Source: a virus. From it: a stretch of DNA of 54,668 bases. Each line of letters begins with the position of its first letter. The stretch's first letter is position 1. Location of the stretch: IMG/VR virus record IMGVR_UViG_3300050026_000192, one strand, 5' to 3'. The translations under genes and the position numbers were made by a program. The notes beneath the pieces were generated by a model. It was not told where the DNA came from and ran no database searches. It worked only from the letters and a program-made list of their open reading frames with translations. Positions 16,635 to 24,569 of this stretch are shown here, piece after piece.

Positions 16635-17086
16635 TATGTTGATCTCCCGCCACTGAACACCGGAAGGCGACCGATGAGCAACTGCCTCCCGTCGTCGCCG
16701 GCCGTGTCTTCGATGGTCAAATAGACATCGTATGTTGCGGCTCCGTGAAGCGTCTTCATGATCGACTTCGGAATTTGGATGTCGATCACGCCGACATCGA
16801 CAATCGCGATGTAGGCTCCCGCCGAGATCGCCGGAGCGCCCTGCGCGAGTGTTGAATGAATGACCGCATCGCATCCGCCGTTGTCGTAATACGGTGACGG
16901 GCCAGAATATCCGTGGCCTCCGTCATGATGCGAGCGGAGGATTTCCAATGAGATGGCGTAGAGCGCATTGCCATTGTCATCTAGAAGACTAATCAGGTCG
17001 CCGGTTTCGTCGTCGGAAACTTGGACCGACTGCGACCACGACTCGCGATTCGTTATTTGCGGAAATAGAACGGGATTCTGATAAAT
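16634..17086 (-). CDS. hypothetical virion-module protein; non-canonical (ATT?) start
   Basis: The frame is open from the TAA of the fibre gene. GGGAGG lies 5 nt before ATT 17086. The first canonical start (TTG 16948) would drop about 46 protein-like codons. Confidence 0.45.
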   Translation of the reverse strand: MYQNPVLFPQITNRESWSQSVQVSDDETGDLISLLDDNGNALYAISLEILRSHHDGGHGYSGPSPYYDNGGCDAVIHSTLAQGAPAISAGAYIAIVDVGVIDIQIPKSIMKTLHGAATYDVYLTIEDTAGDDGRQLLIGRLPVFSGGRST

Positions 17087-17098
17087 GGCAGCCTCCCA

Positions 17099-18079
17099 TT
17101 ACATCTTGATATAGAATGTACCGAGAACAAATGGCGGCATGTTGTTGTGAGACCCGCCGCCAGCGTTGGTCGATAGTGTAATCCCGGTCCTAGCTGTTGC
17201 GGTTGAATTACGGAGTGTTTGCGGGGCCGATTCGCCAGTTGGGTAGGAGTAGGCAGAGGTATTATGCCAATTTGAACCAAATTGGGTTGAATCCGCAGGG
17301 GCGTGCGAGTGGCCTGGATCAGTGAGCGTATAAGTGAGTGCCACCGATTCTGCCGCCGTAAGCGTATGATTGGCCTCGCCGCCCCATGCCGCCGGGGTTG
17401 TCGGACCATCCCCGCCGCCGCTCGTGACATTGGACGCAAGCAGAATGCCCGCAGCAGACGCCCCCATGTCGTCGAGGCCGAGCGGCGCGCGCGCACGCCA
17501 GTCCGGCAACGCAATCGTCTTTCCAGCCGTGGAATCCGCCAGCGCCGTTGCTCCGCGCCCGCCAGATACCACACAATGAGCATTGCTGAAATTCTGCCAC
17601 AGATAGACGAACAGGCTCTGCGTATCCGCGTTGGCGCGCTGCGTCGCCCCGGATGTCGCATTGCCGATGGTCTGGCCGTTCATCTTCAGCCAGCCGGACA
17701 GCGTCTCCGAGGTGGCTCGGAACTTGATGTCGCCGGTCGAGAGGACGGTCGTCGGATCGACCGCCGAACCGCCACCACCGCCCCCGCCGCCAGACGATGG
17801 GCCGACAACTTGAAGCGTTGGGTAATCGAACAAAACCACGCCGTTAGAATCTGTTAAACGAACATGGACCTGTCCGTCAGCGAGGTACAGCATTGGAATT
17901 CTGCCGTACTGATCAGCTTGAACCGGCCAGGGATTCTTTATCGATAACCCAAAATCCTGAAATGAATCCTGCGGCGTGGCAACGGTTGACACGGCGTAGA
18001 TATACAACAGACATCCAGCGAGCGGCTGTCCGTTAAGATCAACCTGTTGGACGAGTGAGACGGGAATTGTCCCGGCCAT
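17099..18079 (-). CDS. tail fibre with a C-terminal phage tail-collar domain
   Basis: GWLKMNGQTIG...LFVYLW...TIALPDWRARAPLG...HTLTAAE...GGGSHNNMPPFVLGTFYIKM matches the Collar-domain (PF07484) pattern. Confidence 0.8.
   Translation of the reverse strand: MAGTIPVSLVQQVDLNGQPLAGCLLYIYAVSTVATPQDSFQDFGLSIKNPWPVQADQYGRIPMLYLADGQVHVRLTDSNGVVLFDYPTLQVVGPSSGGGGGGGGSAVDPTTVLSTGDIKFRATSETLSGWLKMNGQTIGNATSGATQRANADTQSLFVYLWQNFSNAHCVVSGGRGATALADSTAGKTIALPDWRARAPLGLDDMGASAAGILLASNVTSGGGDGPTTPAAWGGEANHTLTAAESVALTYTLTDPGHSHAPADSTQFGSNWHNTSAYSYPTGESAPQTLRNSTATARTGITLSTNAGGGSHNNMPPFVLGTFYIKM
17377..17407. repeat. 31-bp perfect direct repeat, copy 2
   Basis: Identical to 9955..9985. Confidence 0.9.
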
Positions 18080-18597
18080 TATGCCGCCCTCGCGAATTCA
18101 CCAAAATAACGCTCGGCCGCAGAGAAATAAGCAGAGTGAGCGTCTTTCGGATCGTCAAAGTAACCAAGGAATATCAGCCTATTGTTTACTTTTATTCTTG
18201 CCATCCATCTCTGATCGCGTTTGTACCAAATCACGCCCTTAAGTCCGCTCCTGCTTATTTTTATTCTTGGACGATTGGCGGCATTCTGCTGATCTGTCGC
18301 CGCACGGAGGTTGCCCCATTTATTATTGTCTCTATTCAAGTTACGATGATCCGTGTCGTGCTCTGGCCACTCACCATTCATGTACAGCATGGCGAGACGG
18401 TGAGCGTAGTAGCTCACTCCCTCAATCGTGATAATTCGATAGCCATCCGGCCCGACAACGCCCGCCACATCTCCCGCTCGAACGCGAGAACGAGGGCTAG
18501 GCCGAACGCGCCACGTAAACACACCCGTCTCCGGGTCGTAGGAAGGAACCTCGCGCAACCGGTCGGCGGTCAGCGCAATGGGTTTGGCGTCGGCCAT
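18079..18597 (-). CDS. HNH homing endonuclease with AP2-type DNA-binding domain
   Basis: YAHRLAM...DTDHRNLNRDNNKWGNLRAAT (HNH_3-like) plus GVIWYKRDQRWMARIKVNNRLIFLGYFDDPKDAHSAY (AP2-like). AT-richer DNA. Confidence 0.75.
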   Translation of the reverse strand: MADAKPIALTADRLREVPSYDPETGVFTWRVRPSPRSRVRAGDVAGVVGPDGYRIITIEGVSYYAHRLAMLYMNGEWPEHDTDHRNLNRDNNKWGNLRAATDQQNAANRPRIKISRSGLKGVIWYKRDQRWMARIKVNNRLIFLGYFDDPKDAHSAYFSAAERYFGEFARAA

Positions 18598-18647
18598 TTG
18601 GCGGGTTCCTGAATTGGTGCTAAATTGTCGCCCTTGGAGGGCGGCGC

Positions 18648-18851
18648 ATGAACTGGCGTTCTGGTTTTTTCAGGTTTTGGCTTGTGTCGTCGGCGCTATG
18701 GGGCGCCTTCTTCTGCTGGGAGGCCGGCATTGAGCCGGACCACTCCGCTGAGTTTTACAAGATCGGATTCATCGCCCCATTAGTCTTTGGTGGGGCGATA
18801 ATGGCGCTCAGGTGGATTTTCTCGGGATTCCGCGCGCGGTCGTCCGATTAA
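18648..18851 (+). CDS. small membrane protein on the opposite strand (67 aa)
   Basis: ORF track. GGAGGG RBS and two hydrophobic helices. Its stop overlaps the convergent stop at TTAA. Confidence 0.55.
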   Translation: MNWRSGFFRFWLVSSALWGAFFCWEAGIEPDHSAEFYKIGFIAPLVFGGAIMALRWIFSGFRARSSD

Positions 18852-20854
18852 GGCGAAATCCAGACTTCCCCCTTATCCGGCAGCGCTGACGCCGTGCCGC
18901 GGACGCCAATTGCGCCTATGGCGGCTGCGGGCTGCCTGATTGCGCTCATCAGAGACTTATTGCTGGAGATCATCCGCAGGGCTTTGGCGTATTCGCTACC
19001 ATCCCCAGACGTGAGCATTTGGCCAATCTTGGCCGCGACGCGCTCGTCAATCCCTCGTCCCAATTTTTCGCCGGCCTTGGTGAGGAAGTCTTCCACCATC
19101 CCGCTTAGGCTCAATCGCATTTTCGGAATGACTGACCCTTCGGCCATGTCCCCGAGTTGACGTGCGGTCGTCGAGTTGCCCATGGCGGTCCTGAACCTAT
19201 CCATCATGGATTCGACGCGCAGATAGGCGTCAAGACGGTTGTATTTCTCAGGCCCCAAGATGGTGAGCATCCGCTCCTTGGCCTTCGGGGTATTGTTGAT
19301 CGACGTGAGAATGTTTTGGCTGTCCGGCTTGCCGAGAAGCGTCTGCGCCATTTGGTCTACCGTGCCTTCCCTGAACAGCTTTCGTTCGCCGGGGGTCAGT
19401 TTGCTCAGCGCGTCGCGAAGAACGCGGTTGTCGGCGCGAGACGCGACAGTACCGGGCATGACGGCGTCGCGCCCGGCCTGTAGGGCGTCTTTCGCTCCGA
19501 AGAACTGCGCGGCGCCCTTGCGCGCCTCGGCATAGCTCGGATGAAGGTCGTCAACCTGCTGGCGAAGAATACGCGACCAATCCTGCGCTTCTCGCGTTCC
19601 CGTCTTGTCAAGGGCGCGTTTCACGATGTCCCAAAACTGGCCGCTCGGGAGCATTCGATTGCCGTTCTCATCGGTCTTGAGCGTATATCTCCCGCGCGCG
19701 TCCTCGGCGAACGGAATTTTTGGCGGCGTGAGGCCCATCTTCGCCGCCTCGTTCTTAGCCGAGACCATCGCCTTGCGGATTGCATCTTGAACAACCGGCG
19801 CCTGAGAGATTTGCTCAAACCCCTCGTTCCACACGCCGTTGGCGCTATCGGAATAGAACTTGGCATAGGCGGGTCGGTTCACGCGCTTCGCGGATTCGGT
19901 CAGCGCCTTGTCAAGTTCGTGTGCGTCGCCAAATTCCGACATGCCTTGGACGAATTCGGCCGTTCGACTGTTCTGTTCTCTGAAACGACCGAAGATCGTG
20001 TTGTCAAACGCCTCTTGCGCTTCTGGCGAGACATTGGAGGCGCGGCGGGCGAGGCGTTGCGTTGCCCTCGACCCGCCCTGATCCATCAGAGCGATGGGCT
20101 GGCCGCGAGACTGGGCGTCTGCAATTTCTTGCGTGCTGAGGCCTTTCCCGGTGTCTTTCCCAAATGCTTTGGAAATCTGGAGCGCGGCCTCGCCGCCCGG
20201 ATCAATAGCCGCCTTACCCGCGCGCAACCACGGCGACGCCAGCTTGCCGATTCCAGCGCCGATTACTGGCCCGGCCAGGCCGGCGCCAGCGCCAACCGCG
20301 CCGCCAACCAACGGGTCGCCACCGCGCGCCGCAGAATCAAGCGCTCCGATCGTCCCACCACTGACGGCGCCCGCCCCCATCATGCCAGGCAACGTCTTGG
20401 CGGTTAGGCCAAGCAACTTTGCCCCCGCGCCGGTCAGACCAGCCGCGCCGAGTGACGCGATGCTTCCGGTCGCTTCCGCGACAGGCTCGGCGACGGGGTG
20501 CTCTTTAGCAAAGGACTGGTCCATCCCCTCTTGGATGCCCAGCGCCTTGCCGTAACGCTCGCCGAACGTCGGCGCGTTGATGCGTTGGCCTGGCTGACCA
20601 ACGCCGAGCGTATCCAGAAGCGGCTCGACGTACGGCGCCGCAGCGGCTTCCGTTGCGGCCTCAGCCTTATTAACCAGACCGCCGAGGATAGGCACGCCTT
20701 CGGCAAACGACCGCCCAAGGCCCGTCGTCATGCTCGGCGCCGCCTGCTGCTTCGGTCCGACGTGCTGCTGCAACGCCGTCGAGGCCGATTGAATATCCGG
20801 CGCGTCGACCTGGAACTTTCGGCCGTCTGGCGTCTGGACGTCAAAGACGGGCAT
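18848..20854 (-). CDS. internal virion / ejection protein (668 aa)
   Basis: ORF track. Gly/Ala-rich membrane-like segment (GAGAVSGGTIGALD...GAGAGLAGPVIGAGIG). Position in the ejection-protein block. Confidence 0.6.
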   Translation of the reverse strand: MPVFDVQTPDGRKFQVDAPDIQSASTALQQHVGPKQQAAPSMTTGLGRSFAEGVPILGGLVNKAEAATEAAAAPYVEPLLDTLGVGQPGQRINAPTFGERYGKALGIQEGMDQSFAKEHPVAEPVAEATGSIASLGAAGLTGAGAKLLGLTAKTLPGMMGAGAVSGGTIGALDSAARGGDPLVGGAVGAGAGLAGPVIGAGIGKLASPWLRAGKAAIDPGGEAALQISKAFGKDTGKGLSTQEIADAQSRGQPIALMDQGGSRATQRLARRASNVSPEAQEAFDNTIFGRFREQNSRTAEFVQGMSEFGDAHELDKALTESAKRVNRPAYAKFYSDSANGVWNEGFEQISQAPVVQDAIRKAMVSAKNEAAKMGLTPPKIPFAEDARGRYTLKTDENGNRMLPSGQFWDIVKRALDKTGTREAQDWSRILRQQVDDLHPSYAEARKGAAQFFGAKDALQAGRDAVMPGTVASRADNRVLRDALSKLTPGERKLFREGTVDQMAQTLLGKPDSQNILTSINNTPKAKERMLTILGPEKYNRLDAYLRVESMMDRFRTAMGNSTTARQLGDMAEGSVIPKMRLSLSGMVEDFLTKAGEKLGRGIDERVAAKIGQMLTSGDGSEYAKALRMISSNKSLMSAIRQPAAAIGAIGVRGTASALPDKGEVWISP

Positions 20855-23172
20855 TACTGTGCCTCACGGATGCGAATGCCGCCAGGGAGCGTGACCCAGC
20901 CGTCCTTGTCGGGCTGCGGAGCCGCGCCAGCGGGAGCGCCGGGTTGAGGCGGCGCGGCACCGGGGTTAGAGCCGCCCTGCTGCGGCAGATAAGTGTTTGG
21001 CGCTCCTGGCCCCATTGTCGAAAGACCGGGCATGGCCTTCAACCGATAATTGATTAGGCGCTGAACCTCGTCGAGCGAGGCGCCGAGTTGCTTGACGCCG
21101 TAGTCGCCATTGATCTGGCCATTTGCCAGTGCCCAAGCCGCCTCGGTCGGCGCATATCCGCCGTTGGCCAAGTTGGCGAATTCTTCCTTGAGCGTGTTGA
21201 CGGCGGCAATGTAGCGCGCCGTCAACTGGCCGTTCGCCGTGTTGCCCTGCGTCTGAGCGTAAGTCGCCATTTCGGCTCGGTTAGCGATTGGGACGCCAGA
21301 CAATTTCATTTGCTCGCTGAGGTCGCGAACTTCGTCGATCGTGTTGACGACGCTACTCGCCAAGCCGACGAAGCGCACCTGTTGCGGGCCGTTGAGCGAA
21401 GTGATCTGTTTCTGAGCGCGCTGCCATTCGAGCTGCGCCTTGGATAGATCAAACCCGTCTTTTTCGAGCCTCTGACGGATCGGACCGGACAGCCCATAAA
21501 GTCCCGTCAAGACAGGCGGCTGATCACCTTTCTTGATCGCCTCGGACAGATCGGCGACTTGGCCGGTAAAGCCCTTTTCGGTTTTGAATTGGGCTTGACG
21601 CTCTGGCCAGTTCTCAACCGGATCGTCTTGATGAATTTCGGCGGCGCGCGTAATGATGGCGTTCAAACCCGCCGCGCCTTGAACACCGCGGCCAAGATTC
21701 GGCGGCGGTTTGCCGGTCTGGTAATAAGTCTCGGCGGCCTGATCGAGCGCCGGGCCGCTGAGCATTCCGGCACTTCCAGCCCACGCGCCTTGATAGACAG
21801 GCTTACCTGACGGGTTGCTCGGGTTGACGAAAGTATCAGATGGACTAACCTTCATCGGGGTTATGGACGAGATAATGCGATCTTGTTCGTTTTGAAGAAC
21901 CTTTATCCGCTCGGTGGCAAAGCGATTGCCGGTCAAATTCTTCATCTCGTCGTCAAGACCAAGAATGGCCGTTTTCGGATCGGTATACCGTTGGCCGGTT
22001 CTCGGATCGACCGGAAGAGGATATTGCGGGACGAGCGGCTGCGCGCCGTTGTCCGCGACCTGATTGGGGTCCGGTCGAGCCGCCGGGGCGCGTGTCGGGA
22101 TGCCAGCCGCAGCGGACGCGGGGGGAAGATTGCCGCCGCCAGGGGCAGCAATTGCGCCGGGGCTTTCAACCCGAGACATTGCCGTAGCAATAGCGCGTCG
22201 CGCGTCCGGGTTGCTGAGATCGATCGGCTGATTGGGATCAACGCCGAGCGATTTGGCGACCGTCTCGGCATAGGCGGTAGGATCGTTACCCTTCTCTTTT
22301 GCCGGCGCCCATGTCGCGGTTATCCCCGCAATCGTGTTGATCCCCTTCCGGCCATAGACGCCGAGCAGATTGGCCGCGGCGTCAAGCCCGGCGTCCGGCG
22401 TATCGAACTTGGCGAACCGTCCACCTTCACCCGCGCCGGCATAACCCGGCTGCCCTGCAGCGTACTGGCCATTCTCAATGTTGTCGGGGTTGTTGTTCCT
22501 CGCGCCCAACGTCGCGCCGCCAGAATTTCCGAGCCCATTGCGCTGCATATAGGCGGCGAGGATGCGTTGCGCCTGCGCGGCCTGGTCTTGCGCCATCGGA
22601 GCGCTGGGATCGACCTTCAACGCCTTGGCGAGATTGGTCGCGACTGCGCTCGCCTTCGCCGGATCCTGGACCGCGGACGAAACGAGCGCCTGGACCGAGG
22701 GAAACGCCGACGATGCCCCGGGCAGATCGCCAAGTTGAGCGCCGCCGGGCGCGGGCACATTTGTGACCGGCGCGGCGGCCTGTGGAGCCGGCGGCAACGG
22801 ACTCGATGCAACGGGCGCGACCGGGGCTAGAGGCTGTCCTACGGGCGCGTTAGGCCCGCCAGTGGGCAATCCAGCAACCGGAGGGCTTCCCTGCGCTTGC
22901 TGCAACTGCCGCTGATCAAGCGACGGGCCGAGGAGCGACATGGCTTGATTGATGCCGCCCTTCTGGGCAAGAATCTGCATCATTTTGTTGATGTCGGGCT
23001 GGCCGGTAGCCGGATCGGTCGGGATGCCGTCCTTGAACGCCGTCGAGATGTCGCGCTGCTGGTTCTGCTGCTGGCCCGAACGGAACGTGTTCGCCAAGTT
23101 GCCGATCGTGTCGCCAAACTGCGACCAGTTGGGCGTCGGGTAGCTCGGAGAATTTACGGTTTCGTAATCCAT
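20854..23172 (-). CDS. internal virion / ejection protein (772 aa)
   Basis: ORF track. Pro/Gln/Ala-rich linkers plus a domain with NNNPDNIENG...FAKFDTPDAGLDAAANLL, a pattern seen in phage internal proteins. Confidence 0.6.
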   Translation of the reverse strand: MDYETVNSPSYPTPNWSQFGDTIGNLANTFRSGQQQNQQRDISTAFKDGIPTDPATGQPDINKMMQILAQKGGINQAMSLLGPSLDQRQLQQAQGSPPVAGLPTGGPNAPVGQPLAPVAPVASSPLPPAPQAAAPVTNVPAPGGAQLGDLPGASSAFPSVQALVSSAVQDPAKASAVATNLAKALKVDPSAPMAQDQAAQAQRILAAYMQRNGLGNSGGATLGARNNNPDNIENGQYAAGQPGYAGAGEGGRFAKFDTPDAGLDAAANLLGVYGRKGINTIAGITATWAPAKEKGNDPTAYAETVAKSLGVDPNQPIDLSNPDARRAIATAMSRVESPGAIAAPGGGNLPPASAAAGIPTRAPAARPDPNQVADNGAQPLVPQYPLPVDPRTGQRYTDPKTAILGLDDEMKNLTGNRFATERIKVLQNEQDRIISSITPMKVSPSDTFVNPSNPSGKPVYQGAWAGSAGMLSGPALDQAAETYYQTGKPPPNLGRGVQGAAGLNAIITRAAEIHQDDPVENWPERQAQFKTEKGFTGQVADLSEAIKKGDQPPVLTGLYGLSGPIRQRLEKDGFDLSKAQLEWQRAQKQITSLNGPQQVRFVGLASSVVNTIDEVRDLSEQMKLSGVPIANRAEMATYAQTQGNTANGQLTARYIAAVNTLKEEFANLANGGYAPTEAAWALANGQINGDYGVKQLGASLDEVQRLINYRLKAMPGLSTMGPGAPNTYLPQQGGSNPGAAPPQPGAPAGAAPQPDKDGWVTLPGGIRIREAQ

Positions 23173-23187
23173 AATAAGGACCGCCCG

Positions 23188-23472
23188 TCAGTACAAAAGT
23201 TGGCCGCCACCGCCGATACCGCTAGACATTTGTCCGGATGATCCGGGCCCAAGCTGCATCGGCGCGCCGCCGCCATTGCCGTAGCCAGATCCTTGAAGGA
23301 ATTGCATAAGCTGGCTTATGAACGAGCCCTGCTGTTGCTGCCCAGAATTTGCGCCACCGCCTTGCTGTTGCTGAGGCTGCTGCTTATTGAGGCCGAAGAT
23401 ACTCGCAAGTGTGGACGCCGGTCCGGAATAGTTCGGGGAGCTGACGACTTGGTATTGATTTGCATCGCTCAT
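23188..23472 (-). CDS. Gln/Gly-rich low-complexity protein (94 aa)
   Basis: ORF track. Contains QQPQQQQGGGANSGQQQQG and GGGG runs. Confidence 0.5.
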   Translation of the reverse strand: MSDANQYQVVSSPNYSGPASTLASIFGLNKQQPQQQQGGGANSGQQQQGSFISQLMQFLQGSGYGNGGGAPMQLGPGSSGQMSSGIGGGGQLLY

Positions 23473-23474
23473 GG

Positions 23475-24335
23475 TCAGGCCGCCTCAAGGAATTTTGCGA
23501 GCGCGGCGGAGAGGTCGGTCGCTCGACCGTACTGAACCGCCTTATAGCCGCCATGCTCGGAAACCGCGTCCGGATTGGTCCGCTCGACTTCCTGCGCGAG
23601 AACGCCGATGCGCGGCGTGTCGTCGCCCTTGTAACGATAGCGATAGACGTTGGTGCCGTCGTAAAGTGCGCCGACAGGCTCGACATCGTCTTTGAGCCGC
23701 TCGTCGGAAAAGATCGACCCCGCCAGATTGAGGCCACCGCTCAACAGGTTCATATCCATACTCTGATTGGCCAGCGCTGCGCTTGCATTAGCGTTGCCGA
23801 TGCTTGTATCGGCACCGTAATTCAGATTGGCAAGATTGGTGTAATTTGCATTGGTCTGATTGCCGAGTCCGGTATTGACCCCCGCGATGCCGCCCGCCGC
23901 TGCGTTGCTGGCGCCGAGATATGGCTGCAATTGCGAGGCATAGTTGTTGTAATTTTGCGAGGCTAGCCCTTGGTTTTCCTTGCTCAAGGCAAGAAGTTGA
24001 TTGCCGGAACCCAGCGTCCCATTCGCCGCGGCGGCGGCGTTAACCGAGGCATCTCCAGCTTTAATTGCGGCCTGATAACCCGGCATGGTTTGGAGGTTTG
24101 CTTGCGCCGATTGGCTACCGGCAGCGCCATTAAGGCCCAACAGATTGCCGAGTTGCGTCGTGCCTTGCTGGGCTTGCGAATAGTTTTGCGTGTATGGCGC
24201 GAGCGCAGCGGCGTAATCGGTATTGAGTGCCGTTTGCCCTTGTTGGATTTGTCCAGTCGCCGCAGTGAGACCTTTGTTGATCCCGGCGATTTGATCCGCC
24301 GCTGCGTTGCTGGCGCCGCCAAATAGGTCAGACAT
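23475..24335 (-). CDS. fibre/needle-like protein with a C-terminal Peptidase_S74 intramolecular-chaperone domain
   Basis: The C-terminus SDERLKDDVEPVGALYDGTNVYRYRYKGDDTPRIGVLAQEVE matches the PF13884 pattern. The N-terminal part is Ala/Asn/Gln/Gly-rich. Confidence 0.7.
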   Translation of the reverse strand: MSDLFGGASNAAADQIAGINKGLTAATGQIQQGQTALNTDYAAALAPYTQNYSQAQQGTTQLGNLLGLNGAAGSQSAQANLQTMPGYQAAIKAGDASVNAAAAANGTLGSGNQLLALSKENQGLASQNYNNYASQLQPYLGASNAAAGGIAGVNTGLGNQTNANYTNLANLNYGADTSIGNANASAALANQSMDMNLLSGGLNLAGSIFSDERLKDDVEPVGALYDGTNVYRYRYKGDDTPRIGVLAQEVERTNPDAVSEHGGYKAVQYGRATDLSAALAKFLEAA

Positions 24336-24344
24336 AACTTAACC

Positions 24345-24566
24345 TCACGATTTCCTAATCTTCACCACGCCAGAGGTCTCATAGAGACCACCGATACGAA
24401 CGCCCAATTGCGCCGCAGCAGCGTCTGTCGCCGCAGCAGGAAGTGGTCCAACGTTCTGCGATAGAGACAGCGCCAATATAAATTGATAGAATGTCGGCAT
24501 CGGCTTCCCGTCCTTATCGACGAAAAGGACTGAAGCCGATGGTAGCGGAGCAAACTTGCTCGCCAT
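24345..24566 (-). CDS. hypothetical protein (73 aa)
   Basis: ORF track. Confidence 0.5.
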   Translation of the reverse strand: MASKFAPLPSASVLFVDKDGKPMPTFYQFILALSLSQNVGPLPAAATDAAAAQLGVRIGGLYETSGVVKIRKS

Positions 24567-24569
24567 ACT

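Noticed and set aside
9911-17407. A diversity-generating retroelement (template/variable repeat pair) in the fibre genes
   Set aside because: The repeated segments are perfectly identical, with no adenine-specific differences, and no reverse transcriptase ORF exists in the window.
17053-17661. 202-aa minus-strand ORF in another frame of the tail-collar fibre gene
   Set aside because: It is an Arg/Pro-rich alternative frame lying wholly inside a gene that has a clear Collar-domain signature.
19541-20407. 288-aa plus-strand ORF
   Set aside because: It lies antisense inside the 668-aa ejection-protein gene. Its Arg/Ala/Leu/Gly-rich composition is typical of stop-free antisense frames in GC-rich DNA. 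It has no RBS, and the sense-strand gene fits the operon structure.
21883-22830. 315-aa plus-strand ORF
   Set aside because: It lies antisense to the 772-aa internal virion protein gene. It is Arg-rich and low in complexity, with no coupling to neighbouring genes.
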